A DNA stretch of 64,000 nt from Chrysomallon squamiferum (GCA_012295275.1 CM022665.1:36208001-36272000), one strand, 5' to 3'; shown: positions 1 to 13,277, counted from the stretch's first letter. Notes: generated by a model not told the origin, from the letters alone. Translations and numbers: made by a program.

Positions 1-58
1 GTTCTACACAGCAGAGTCTAAGATTTTATTCTCTAAACACATTGCATTTATCACTCAC

Positions 59-1273
59 CAGTTCATTGATAGTGATGAGATTAAACATGATGCTGGCGTC
101 CACGATGTTGTTAGGACGGACGCCTTTGTTGTAGCTACTTAACAGTTGCGTTCTGAGATCGCCTTCTACAGTAGAGTTGAAAGCACATTGCGTAGAAGGA
201 ACTGAAAATAAATATGTTGTATCACAAAAATCAAAACAAGTTGAGGATGGGCCCTTGCAAGGCTTGCATGAATCATTGATTATGAGTAGAAAACACAAGT
301 TAGCCTTATTTATGTATTTGTTGTTTTGTTGTTGTCTTTTGTTAGTTTGTTGTTTGTTGTTGTCTTTTGTTAGTTTGTTTGTTTGTGTGTTGTTTGTTGA
401 GATTGTTTTGTGTTGCCTGATTTGTTGTTTGTGGTAATAGGCCTTTTCAAGACATACGGAAATAGTGTCTGCAGCACACGTGTTTCAGTCTTGTGAGTGA
501 CTTTATTAAGGTTAATATGTTAATCCTAACCTGAACTCAGCTACTTAATAATGTGATCACAAGGTTCATAATACAGCTGTCAGTAAATGCTGGGCATATC
601 TACATACGGTAACAAAAGAGAAAATACCCTTGAGAATTTAGCACCTAATTAGGAGAGAGTGAAAAACAAAAAGACAGAGTGTAAAATAAACAGAGAACGT
701 GAGGTACAAAACTAGCTAGTAAAGGGAGAAACAAACAAACACAAAGAAAAAAACTCAAAGACAAAATAATCATTACAGGGGAAATTGTATTATGTTGTAA
801 ACAACACAGAAAATAGACAAAATTATTTAATAGTCAACACGTGCATCTTTGGTATGAGAAATAAAACATGTAAAGCTCGGACAAAATGGGAAAACTCCTG
901 AATGACAGACGGGAAAACTGACAAATACAGATGGAGAAAATAAATAAAACGAGCTGCAGGTGCTGGAATTAATTGTCAGTAATACCCCAAAGTGAATGAA
1001 ATCCTTCACATGCCAAGCTAATGACCAGAACTATATTTTTGTCCTCATAAATACAAAATAACAAGCGGATTCTGGCATCATTCCTGGAACTGGACATTAA
1101 TACATATTCCCAAATTACAAAATATAGAAGACAAAATAACAATAATATGCGTATGTATTTTACTGAAAATATTAAGAAGTTAGTACAAATACACACTTGC
1201 TCTTACCGTGTGATACAAGCACAATCAGCGGTAACAACAGAAACAATAAATCCACTGAAATTGGCGGTTTCAT
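59..1273 (-). CDS. nAChR-like Cys-loop receptor subunit, tandem copy A (partial: exons 1-2 only, gene continues beyond the left edge)
   Basis: Exon 1 is 1273-1207 (MKPPISVDLLFLLLPLIVLVSH, signal peptide, donor GTAAGA, phase 1). Exon 2 is 201-59 (VPSTQCAFNSTVEGDLRTQLLSSYNKGVRP...FNLITINEL, acceptor TTTTCAG, donor GTGAGT). The LL..YNK.VRP motif is typical of the nAChR N-terminal helix. Almost identical to exons 1-2 of copy B. Confidence 0.9.
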
Positions 1274-1785
1274 CTTTTGTACATACCAGTCGCCGTCTCT
1301 GTGTAGAAAAAAACACAAGTTTCTGTCTCTGTTCTTTCAATCAGTGTTGCTGGCACAAAACGATATCGTGTTCAAACGTTTGCACGGACAATACAACGCT
1401 GATAACCCCAGGTCGCTGCGTTACGCAATCATCGTGTTTTCATGCAAGTAATTTTTCAAGCCCGCTGCAATTGCCTAGAGGTAAGTGCCCTCTTTCGGCA
1501 GACTTTTTAATCCCGGCATAACTGGATATTTTCCAATCATTTGATTTTGTCCAACAAGGAAAAGTTTTGTAGCAGTTGTTTTTTGTGAAATTTTTTATTT
1601 TTTATTTTATTTTCTATCTTCACAGTGATGATGTTCAAGGTTTCGGAAACAAGAAAAACAACAACAGGTCATTAAATAAATGTTTACTTAGCGATGACAC
1701 TATCTGTATAAAAATGTAATAATAAAACAAAAATAAATATGTTTAGTGAATTTAAATAACACACTATACAGTAATAATAAATAAT

Positions 1786-1789
<4 letters not shown>

Positions 1790-1880
<91 letters not shown>
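1790..1880. repeat. (GA)n microsatellite, representative of many in the window
   Basis: Similar tracts at about 4546-4644, 5611-5680, 12110-12211, 17442-17535, 26226-26295, 27438-27553, 31256-31322, 41618-41676, 52313-52420, 55207-55316, 58129-58224. Confidence 0.97.
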
Positions 1881-1884
<4 letters not shown>

Positions 1885-1999
1885 CGTTTTTCTTTGTTTC
1901 AGTCGAAATTACGGTGCCAGTTCTTAACAGTTTTCTAACTTAAGTGTTTAGGAGATAGTGGCAATGTCTGCAGAACAAGTTCAGTGGTCTAAGTTAAAG

Positions 2000-2488
2000 C
2001 AGGGGTTGCCAAAGTGATCGCTGGCTACTCTCGCGGGGACGATGAAATCTAAATGGTCTTGCGAGATAGGTTGGTCTTTATGATGATTTTTAGATATTTT
2101 AATAATAAAAATTATAAAAATAAAAACATAAATTAAAATTAAAAAAATTAATAATAATAAAAAAAATAAAAAAATTCCCATGATTTGTATAGCGAACTAT
2201 TTTGAAGTAATGAAAGATTAACTCTAGATATCACAAAATCTTTTTTATTTGACATTCCCCACTTCGTATATAACTGAGGCTGGATTTAGTCATCCTAACG
2301 CACTTCAGTTAAGCAGCAAAACATGACAAACTTGTAAGAAATAATAACGCAGTTATTGTAATTTCAAAACACTTCATAAAACAGATTTAAAAAGTGTTTA
2401 ATGTCAAAATTTCCATTGTGCGGGTGGTGTCCGAATTTTTATATCATCATTAAAGCGGTCGATGAAATAAAATGTTTGGCAACCCCAA
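2000..2488. mobile_element. Putative hAT(Charlie)-like MITE
   Basis: Left end CAGGGGTTGCCAAA (2000-2013) and inverted TTTGGCAACCCC (2475-2486) preceded by an A-rich run, as in Charlie-type non-autonomous elements; terminal TG lost and no clear 8-bp TSD. Confidence 0.55.
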
Positions 2489-4543
2489 AACAGTCTAGCA
2501 ATAAACTGAAGTTAGAGAGTCGTTTACATACCAGACAGGTTTGTTTTTTCTTTTTTCTACATTTCTACTGCATGATGTTCACTGATCTTTGTTGTTATAT
2601 GTCCAAAACATTTTTGTAAATTCTATTTTGTATCTGCATAATAGGATCAGGAAAGATGCTATTTCAACACGCAATAAATAAATAGTTTATTCTATATGTT
2701 TGTTTGTTTATAGGTGTTTTTTTTTTTTTTTTTTTCTTTCTTTTTTTTTTTCAAGTTTTTTAAGTATAAGCGAAAATTCATATTCGAATAACACTTAGAA
2801 AGCTCTTATAACTTTTGTGTTCTGTATATTTATTTACTATCAGTAAATACGTTACATTTTAATTCGCTGCGGAGTTGCTATTTTTTATTTTTTGTTTTGT
2901 TGACCTTTTCCTCTAGAAAGGCTGAAATGCAGTTAATCTCGCTAAATGAAAAGAGATATCGGGAGTTAATTAAGAGTTACTCTGGAGTCAACAGTTTCTT
3001 TTTTCTTTTTCACTTTATCTTTTAAGAGATATGTAACATCCCAGTTACTGTAAGAAGATTAAATGCAAAGTGTATTTTTATTTTTACTCTTGCTTTATAT
3101 TATTAGTGCTTAAGTAGAAACAACTCATTTGGTTCGAGCTTTCGTTCGTTCAATTCAGTTTATATGCTGATGTTTATTAAATCGAAAGCATTAGCCGAAG
3201 AAACTCGCGTGCGTACTCACACACAGACACACAGACATACGCACACACATATATATATATCGTACACACACACACAAACACACCCATACACACCCCCCCC
3301 CTCCACACACCCCACACACCCCCCACATATATATCGTAGTTCTTAAGACAAAATATAATAAAAGGGTAACTTATCTGAGCAGCACAGAGGTTAAGCCAAC
3401 GACTGATTAATACTTAGAACAAATCCTAGCAACATCCCCTACTAGAACTAATAGGGTAGTGTAACGTCATTATTACTTGTTTTGCTCTTTAATTCTTTAA
3501 CAAACTAACAGTTTATATCCTAGGATCCTGTACTGCATATATATGTGTGTGTGTGTGTGTGTGTGTACGTGTGTGTGTGTGTGTGTGATATTTGTTTAAT
3601 CATCAGTGGATATAAAAGATTTCTCATGATTAAGGAATTTATAAAAAATGAATGTATATTAACATATAAAAATGAATGTATAGTATTAACATGTAGCTAG
3701 ACCAGATAACAAATGTTAGTTAATATGAGAAGTGAATTTCCTGTGTAAAGGTTTCTAGTTTTTATACAACATGATCAGACGAAGAAACAGCTCAGTATCA
3801 TCAATGGATTACATCAATGGATACGTCTTTATATCTTTATTCGAAAAAATAGATAAAGATTCAACTTTGATATTCTTTATTTTCACCAGTTAAAGAGATA
3901 ACACAATTAACATCTAACATAACAATAATACTAAAATTAATAACACGTAGCTTTTTTTTTTTTTTACAAATGTCAAAAGCATACAAAATCAGTGATTGAA
4001 CGAAATAGAACAATATACCTAGTATAACTAGTAATCTACTCGCGCTGCCAAGAAAATTATGAACATACCTTGGCCTTATTCATCATACAAAACTAAAATT
4101 AAGTGCCATTTCCATACGTAAAACTGATTTATATTTTGTCTTAATTTTATGCTAACACAGGTAAAAACCTTTAATGATGAAGACCAAAATTCTTTACACG
4201 ATTTGAATATTTGAAAATTCATAACTGACGTTTTCATCCAGTAACAAAACAGAAACCGTCCTCTGTTAAATTAGTATTCTCATAAGTTTCTTCTTTGTTA
4301 ATTTTTTCTTATAATTCTTTTTTTTTTTTTTTTGCTAGCGACCGTAATTTTGCAAATTGAATAAAGAACCCACATTTCTGAAAGTGGTATCTAAATGGTC
4401 ATCATGAAATTAATTGTTCATTTCTCAGGAATAAGAAAAAATATTGTTATTTCAGAAGTGCCAAAAATTGGGAAAGGTTAGTATTATAGAGAAACAAAAA
4501 TTAAGAATGGGAAAAGGCAAAAGGCATTAGAGAGATTAATCCA

Positions 4544-4648
<105 letters not shown>

Positions 4649-5013
4649 ATCAGTCTATATATAATACAGAATATTACTAATTGTAGTGTCAACTACAAAT
4701 ATTAAAATATAGATAGATAGATAGATAGACAGATATACATATAGACAGAAAGATAGATACAGATAGATGGATAGATAGCTAGGTAGACAGACAGATAAAT
4801 AGATAGGCATTCATAGTTAGCACTAGTTCAGTAAATTTTGTGAAACTATGTTTCAAAAAAGTATACCATAATTATTGTTTAAACTCATAGAGTCAGTTTG
4901 TAACTTCTAAGAAAAACTTAGCAATACTCAGCGTATTTGAGCATAAACTTGTGTATCTCTGCATAGATGCCGAGGACTTCAAATTTATCGAGAAAAGAAT
5001 ATATCTGTAAGTT

Positions 5014-5417
5014 TCAGACAAATATCATCAAGAAACAGACCATCGTAATAACTACGAAAAGCAAGACATAAATTCTAAGACAAAATGCGTCAAACACTTT
5101 AGCAATTTCCACCCAAGACAGTTGATATTCCTCTTCGATACTTTCTACAGGACTTCCATTCACTTTTGCTAAGGACTCCCGTCTTTGACCTTTTCTCGAA
5201 TAAGGACGTGTACTATCACTATGGTGACTTCCATATACTTTATTCGTCTTTGACGAACATACACCCCAGCAAGCTAACGGCGACATGACGTATTTGGTGA
5301 GTCTCGATAACCATAGTGGTATTGTTTCCTTGTCGCTCCGGAAGTAGATGTCAAGGGTCATCAGGGTGAGCACGACAGATAACCCATTCAGAATGACGAG
5401 AATACTGATGTAGATGG
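5014..5417 (-). CDS. nAChR-like copy B exon 6 (M3, intracellular loop, M4, stop)
   Basis: TIYISILVILNGLSVVLTLMTLDIYFR...IPLWL...WVEIAKVFDAFCLRIYVLLFVVITMVCFLMIFV*; TTTCAG acceptor. Confidence 0.93.
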
Positions 5418-5608
5418 CTGAAATTAAACAGCAAAATTATTTAGTAAATTCATTTTCGCATTATCGTGAGTTTAATATTTTAAACGTACTTCTTATTAAT
5501 AAAAGAAAAGGATACTGATGTAGATGGCTGAAATAGAATAATCAAGTAATATAAGATTATATTTTCAGCTTAATATGAATGACTAAAGTATTTCCAAATT
5601 ACTTCCAG

Positions 5609-5684
<76 letters not shown>

Positions 5685-6319
5685 TTACTTAACTTTACTC
5701 ACTTAGGATTGCTATAGACTTGGAAGTGGTTGGTATCTGATCAGCAATCAGGGTAAGAAAGACAGATATCGACAGCAGAACAGTCAACGAGTAGCCCATC
5801 TTCTCGCCTGATTCAATGGGAAGCAGAAACACGAGAGCAGACAACACGGCCAGAGTCAGCACTGGAAGTAAAATATTTAGTCCGTAGTATTTAGTGCGTC
5901 TGTCCACTGTCACAGTAAACTGCAGTGTAGCGTACACCTCTGAGTCCGTTATGTCTGTCGCTTCGGTTCTTTCCGCTGATGTTCCCATTAGATTCCACTC
6001 GCCGTTTGTTTGGTAACTCGACGATTTTAAACCTTTATCGAGAAGAGTCAGGTTCAGTTCCCGGATGTTGTAAGCGACACTTTTCAGACTGATGTAACAC
6101 GTCTGACTATCAAATGGATAGTAGGTGATGTCAATGTTGCAGTTGGTGTTGTAGATACCCGGCGGATTCCAAACCACCTTGCCGTTGCTGAATACACGAA
6201 ATGGGACGTTGTCATCTTCTATCACTCCTAGATCACTTATTCTAAAACAAAACAAAAAAAGAAACTAGAGATAGTATATTGGATGTATAATAAAAATATT
6301 AAAAACAGCTACAACAATA

Positions 6320-6374
<55 letters not shown>

Positions 6375-8596
6375 GAAACATAATAATATCCGAAACAACA
6401 GAAAAAGAAAGAAACTCTACGAACACAACTAACCAAAACCCAAAATAACAGCTGATTGCACTTTATTTTCTAAAACAAAGAAAAACAAAAAACAAAAATG
6501 CAGCGTTCTCATTATGTTTCAACTTACGAATTCTCTACAACAACTGTCGGTCGCCATATTTCTTTTTGTGTAAAAAACATAAAGTTGATGTCGCTGTAAA
6601 CAGATGAAGTATCCCAAGAAAGACGTTCATCTGTCCAACTCTGAAAATAAATAAATAAATAAAAGTACGTCGTCATTATAACTTTCTTTTCTTTTTTCTT
6701 TATTTATTTATACAAATTTTTGGTTGTTTAATTGTATTCTCAAAATTCTTTGTCATTTTTACAAAATGTCAGGGTAAAACTGGTCAAAGTCAAATTAAGA
6801 AACTAATTAGCGAATCAGTCAAATAGGCTTTTTTGTTTTTCATTCTTTCTTTCTTTCTTTCTTTATTTTTTTTTTTTTTTTTTTTTTTTTTTATTCTTCG
6901 GATACTTACCATTACAAACCATCCGGATACAGAAAATGTTTGGGATCGTATAATCTGGAAAAATAAATAGTTGACATCAATACTGATTAAAACCTAAATC
7001 TTTTAATATTATACGATCTTTCCTTTTGTTCAATACACAAATTGTAATATGTTTTATTACCTATTTTGGTTAGATGGGGTTTTGGTTTTGTTTTTGCTTT
7101 GTTTTGTGGGGGTTTTTGGTTGTTGTTTTTTTGTGGGTTTTTATTATTTCATGTTGTCATTAAAAGAATAAAACTGCAACAATCGATGAGCTATGGATGT
7201 CTTTTATTTCTAAAGAAATATATTCTTAAACTTTTTTATAAGAATTGCTGGCGCTGTTAACAGGCACATATAAAAAACGTCTAAGTCAATAACAAGCTGC
7301 CAGCCATTTCTTCTAAAATTACTTTCACTTTGAAGATAATCTACGATCCATTAAAGATAACCTTCTATTTCTTGTCTTCTTCTTTTTATTTTTCATGTAA
7401 GGTCACAGATAAAAGCAACGGCTGCATAATGATAGCATATGCTTTATGTGTCCGTTTTTTGTTTCTGATATCCATTCGCGATATAAATACAGATGAATGG
7501 TGAGAAAAATATAACACAAATAAATGTAGATACAACACACAAACGCTCTGATGACTGCATGTATGTATGCATGTATGTTTGTATGTGTGTGTGTGTATAT
7601 ATATATATGTATTTCACAAAACTTTTATGTTGTTATTTTGTTTTTTAATAACAGGTGCTTGCATTTCAGAAAATTAACACCACTTTAAGAAGCAAGTATT
7701 TCTGTGGATTCAAAACATTCATAAAACAACAACAATAAAAACAACAAATAGATGTATACTAGCTGAAAATAATTTACTGACGGAAGAATGGCATAATCCA
7801 TGCAAGAATTATGCCATACTTCCATCAGTAAACTATTTCTACATGTCTGTCACAGGTACTATATATCATCTTTCTATCAGAATGTGTATGAACTGTATGT
7901 AAAAATATTGTAGCTTGCTCACGTCAAATAATTGTTTAAACAGGCTTGGGTGCTCAATAGAAGACAGATATATGTGATATGGTTGTGTGAGTGATTTTGG
8001 CTTGTTTCCATCAGACAATTGTCCAAGAACGGTTGTCACGGATACAACTTCGAAAGAGAGTTCTGTCCAAGAGAGAAAAGATTTATATACAGCGTATATC
8101 CTTGGTAAAAAGGTCGTTTGTAATGTGGGTATATTTAAGTAAAATGTATTTTAGATATTTAACTAAGAATGACTGTTGTGACCGTCTCTTCTGACATTCC
8201 AGTAGAGTTCTACACAGCAGAGTCTAAGATTTTATTCTCTAAACACATTGCATTTATCACTCACCAGTTCATTGATAGTGATGAGATTAAACAAGATGCT
8301 GGCGTCCACGATGTTGTTAGGACGGACGCCTTTGTTGTAGCTACTTAACAGTTGCGTTCTGAGATCGCCTTCTACAGTAGAGTTGAAAGCACATTGCGTA
8401 GAAGGAACTGAAAATAAATATGTTGTAAATGATGTTTGTCAATTATAAAAATATTAATTTAATGATTAGAAGCTTCTCCGTTTTATTCATAATCATGTGT
8501 GTATGTATCTGTGTGAAATAATTATGCTGTGAGGATTTTGTTTTAACTTCACTCAGCAGAATATCAACAAACAAAATATATATATACATATATGTA

Positions 8597-8641
<45 letters not shown>

Positions 8642-9575
8642 TAATAATAATAATAATAAATAATAATAAAATATAATAAATATAATAAATAAATAAATAT
8701 AATAATAATAGAAACAGACCAAGACAGAACGAAACAACTACATAAACAAAAATTTTAAATAACATTTTTACTAAATAACTAAATAAGTAAATAAATAAAC
8801 AAATATGAAACTAAACAGTTTAATCAATCCTGAAACCTAATAAAGTCCAAGATTAAAATAATGAAAGAACTACACCACAATATAGTCATCATTATTATCA
8901 TTGTAATCAGCATCATCATCATCAACATCATCATTATGATTTTTCAGGGCTTCCTTTTCTAGACTGCTAAATTTCTGACAATTACAATACAACTAACTGA
9001 AAATTGAATATTTAATATTAATGTCCATATCGTATTTCTTTTCACTGAGTTTGAACTTGGTATATAGGATGTATGCTTTGGAATTTGCTGCTCACCATCG
9101 TGAATTAACAGACAACAGATCACATCTAACAGATCATCCAGTGGCGTAAAATTGAATGAAATAAGTAAATAAAGCAAAACCACCAACAACAACAACAACG
9201 ACAACAGCAAAAATAATAATAACAATAATAATAAATAAATAAATAAATGGAACAAAACAACTAACAAGGATCTGGTACGATATAAAGAACATAATATTTC
9301 TGTATTGACTCGATATTCTTGAAAGCAGGGAACCAAAAAAATAAAAATAAAACTGTTTTCTTTCGTGAGCTGATAAAGCTAAACTAGATTTACACGTTTT
9401 TTAATTCACGAACCAAAATGTTTTAAGACACAGTTTACGTAGCGACAGAAGAACACTAATACGGAACATTTTCCTCATTCATACATTGCGAGTAAATGAT
9501 GTTCTTACCTTGCACGATTAACACAATCAGCGGTAACAACAGAAACAATAAATCCACTGAAATTGGCGGTTTCAT
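5014..9575 (-). CDS. Nicotinic acetylcholine receptor-like pentameric ligand-gated ion channel subunit, non-alpha type, copy B (6 exons, 436 aa)
   Basis: Exons 9575-9509 (67), 8407-8265 (143), 6954-6910 (45), 6640-6528 (113), 6241-5703 (539), 5417-5014 (404) total 1311 nt, all GT-AG and phase-compatible. Motifs: signal peptide, WTDERLSW, IWRP, Cys-loop CNIDITYYPFDSQTC (6141-6097), NGEW, M1, ESGEK-M2, PTTS, M3, short loop, W..IAKVFD..CL-M4, TGA at 5016-5014. Confidence 0.95.
5703..6241 (-). CDS. nAChR-like copy B exon 5 (Cys-loop, loops B/C, M1, M2)
   Basis: Lies within ORF 5695..6255; TTTTAG acceptor, GTGAGT donor; 539 nt. Confidence 0.95.
6528..6640 (-). CDS. nAChR-like copy B exon 4 (loop A)
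   Basis: SWTDERLSWDTSSVYSDINFMFFTQKEIWRPTVVVEN(S); TTTTCAG acceptor, GTAAGT donor. Confidence 0.93.
6910..6954 (-). CDS. nAChR-like copy B exon 3 (45 nt, loop D)
   Basis: IIRSQTFSVSGWFVM, phase 0/0; a 45-nt exon at this position is characteristic of nAChR genes; TTTTTCCAG acceptor, GTAAGT donor. Confidence 0.92.
7767..7838. repeat. 72-bp imperfect palindrome/hairpin in nAChR intron 2
   Basis: AAATAATTTACTGACGGAAGAATGGCATAATCCA-TGCA-AGAATTATGCCATACTTCCATCAGTAAACTATTT, symmetric about 7802/7803 with 5 non-Watson-Crick pairs. Confidence 0.9.
8265..8407 (-). CDS. nAChR-like copy B exon 2
   Basis: 143 nt; VPSTQCAFNSTVEGDLRTQLLSSYNKGVRPNNIVDASILFNLITINEL; CAG acceptor, GTGAGT donor. Confidence 0.93.
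9509..9575 (-). CDS. nAChR-like copy B exon 1 (signal peptide)
   Basis: ATG at 9575; MKPPISVDLLFLLLPLIVLIVQ then G|GTAAGA donor. Confidence 0.9.
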
Positions 9576-11214
9576 CTTTTGTACATACCAGTCGCCGTCT
9601 CTGTGTAGAAAAAAAACACAAGTTTCTGTCTCTGTTCTTTCAATCAGTGTTGCTGGCACACAACGGTATCGTGTTCGAAGTTTGTATCGATATCTAGCGC
9701 AAAGTAATCCCTCCCCGCTCCGTTATGTAACCAATTTATGTCCAGGTAAGTTGTTTTTACCGGCATATAGAGTGCAGCAAAGTTAAGCCTCCTCTTTTCA
9801 GCTGGCATTTTTTTTTTTATCACGTGGTTATAGACATTCCCTAGACCAGTTCAGTCTATGCTATGATTGTATTAAAAATAGAAGCTGCAACAATCAGTCT
9901 GTTTTATATTTAATAAACTTTACTAAAAATATTGTTGTATGTGTGTGTGTGTGTGTATGTAATTATATATATATAATTTTATTATATGCAAAATAGTCTT
10001 ATCATTTTTATTTTTTACTATGTTCTTCCTTACTGTTAAAAACATATTTATTCTTATTCAATATATCTAAGAATTATAGATTGACTTGACTTTATTAACA
10101 AAATAATACACCATTATGACGTTCAATTTAATGAAATTTGTTTCCTAACATGACGGCGACGGTTTTTCTATAATATATATTTAATGAGATCATCTCTGTT
10201 TCAGTGCATCCATTTAATGTTGAAGGCTGCTCCATAACAACCTGTACTCTGTTTTGTTATTCCAAGTTAACACTGGTTTAACGATCTGCTAAAATAACAA
10301 TGAAAACAGTAACCCTGCAATGTACCGGTATACCACCGTCACTGAGAAAGAAAGAGCGGCATGGGAATGGTATTCAAGACCCTACCATCTTGCCACAGGG
10401 GCTATTTGTCTTACAAACCATCAACAAGTGAGCTGATAAGAAGAAAATAATGACACGTATATGATGGACAATGACATAAAACTGTAAAGCTGGATGTGTG
10501 CACTGTTTGTTTGGTCATGGCTGATATTTGGAATAATGGAAAATCCAGGAAGCCAACATACAGTAAACAGTTTATACCACAGCTTCCCAATGCATGGCGT
10601 GTGCTCCGTAGCAGACTGAATAAGTAGGAGGGCAATTTCAGTATGATATATTAGGAACAAACCGTCCTGAACCCATTAATGAGGACTACTTCCATACAAA
10701 ATAAGTAAATCATTAAATAAAATGAAGGGATCTGAGACAGAAACTGACTAAATTAGTTCTTTAAATAAAAACACTTTGCAGCAGATATCAAGTCTTGTTT
10801 ATTATCGATTTATATTGATTAAATTAAGTCAAAGAAAAAAGAAAATAAAAAGTATTTAGGTTGATCCTGGTTCTGAAAAGATTGGGAACCACATGTATAA
10901 ATAATACCTACATATATACATATACATATACGTATACATACATACATACATACATACATACATACATACATACATACATGGACAAATATAGCAGATATAT
11001 ATAGACAGACAGAGAAATATATGGATGGATGGATAGATAAAGACAGACAAATATATATCTGATTGTTGGGTACGATCTAGAACGGTAAATGAACAAAGAT
11101 GAAGATAAGGAGGAGTGACCCTATAATGCCTAACACGTCAGGTTCTTTATTCAAAATTGACAGATATATTTCATTATTACTAAGTATTTATTTATTTATT
11201 TATTTATTTATTTA

Positions 11215-11264
<50 letters not shown>

Positions 11265-12107
11265 TTTTATTTATTTATTTATTCATTTCATAAGTTTCAT
11301 TACTATTCCTCACATCCCAGACTCACACGCACATGCATTCACGTTTTTCCTTTCCACAGACAGAAAAATAAAATCATCTAAAACGGAACATTGTATGATG
11401 GGCGAACCAAGAAGGATTCATGTTAAGTTTGTCTAAAATGAATTTACATTTCTATTCCATATTATTTTCCTTATCTTTTCTTTACCTCCGTTATATTATA
11501 CAGATAAAAAGATAAATTCTCTGATTAATTTTTACGTTAAATACAGTAAACACTTTTTATTTGTATTTCCGTTACTTTCATTATGGAACGGGGTTAAGGT
11601 GTGTCCCTATTGACAGGTTTTTTGTGTGATAACTGTAAAAAGTTACCACGTCAGCGTGCCCTGCTGCTTTGAACACTTGATGCATCCCTAGCTTCAGCAT
11701 TTAATCTTCATCATTTTACTATTATTTATTTATTATTATTACTATTTATTTATTTATTTATTTATATTATTTATTTTTGTTAGCTTTCCATAATAAGGAT
11801 GTTTTTTTTTTCTTTTAAAAAAAAAAAAAAAATGATCTGAGATATGTTACATCGAATGCTTCTTTCTTTTTTTAAGCAGTATACATTTGGTTTCTATGCG
11901 TTTCTAAGCAATCTCTAAAGACTGCTAACTAAGTTAATTACTGTAATAATCAGCATCTGTCAGTAAAACAATAAATAGTTATTTAAGTAACGAATCCAGA
12001 TCGCCTCAGTACATCAGTTAGTTAAACTTTACACGATGTCATAGTTGTTCCTTTCTTCTTGACGTTTTATCTGTATACTTTTGCTTCTCATAAATAGAAG
12101 CAATGAC

Positions 12108-12213
<106 letters not shown>

Positions 12214-12639
12214 AACAGATAACAGACAGATAAACAGACAAGGCAACAAACAGACATTAAGCAAATATACAGAACAGTAATAGTAGAAATAACTGTAATA
12301 GTAGTAGCAGTAGTAGTAATAATAATGATGATGATGATGATGATGCTGTCGATGATGATGAACAACATTAAATTGTTTTTCTACTATGAATGTTGGCAGG
12401 CTCCATGTTAAATAGGATTCAACACGGACTGAATACAACTTTTTTTTCTTCTTCAAAATAACTCGGGAATTTTTCTAACGCTGTTGTCGATTTGAAATAC
12501 TGTAAATACTATGCATAAACCTGACTTACTTCCTTCAACATCTGGTTTTCTAATCTCAGATAGACCTACACTTGTTGAGATCAGTCCAACGCAACTCCTA
12601 TACTCAGGTGTTTGTGTTCATTTAATTACAACAACCACC

Positions 12640-12691
<52 letters not shown>

Positions 12692-13277
12692 GAATGTGTG
12701 TGTCTGTACATATATTCACTCACACATACACATATATGTACATACATACATACATACATATACATATATATGCACACACCCACACGCAGACGCATACACA
12801 GAATGTATATTAAGTAGTTAAAATATATGTATATATATTTTTCGATTTTTAGAGCTGAGGTTTTATATGTATTATAAATACTTTTTGTTTGTTACTGTTT
12901 TTCTGTTACTTTGATCAAATAACTGCTATAACAAAAGAAAAAATTTAGTCTATCTTCGCCTACCCCCCCCCACAATTTGTTTAAAAAAACCTGAAAAACA
13001 ACAAACATATTCCTTATTTCCAAGTCTTAAGAACTTCTAATTTATTTTTAATATTATTGTGTGCCAGCGGGCTTACATTAGCTGAATACAACAAAACACA
13101 TGCAGCACATATTGCAAATGTTTTTTTAAGGATAAGTCCATTTCGCAGTCAACAAGTGTATAAGCTGTTTTCAAAAAACGATAAGAGAGAAGAGAGTGAG
13201 AAAATAATGACAAACGAAAAACAACAATATATATAAACATAATAATAATAAAATTAAAATAAAGTAAATAAATTAAA

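Noticed and set aside
1147-1521. Plus-strand ORFs similar to 9496..9786
   Set aside because: Antisense shadows of the duplicated receptor exon 1 and leader; the frames differ between copies through the A-run indel
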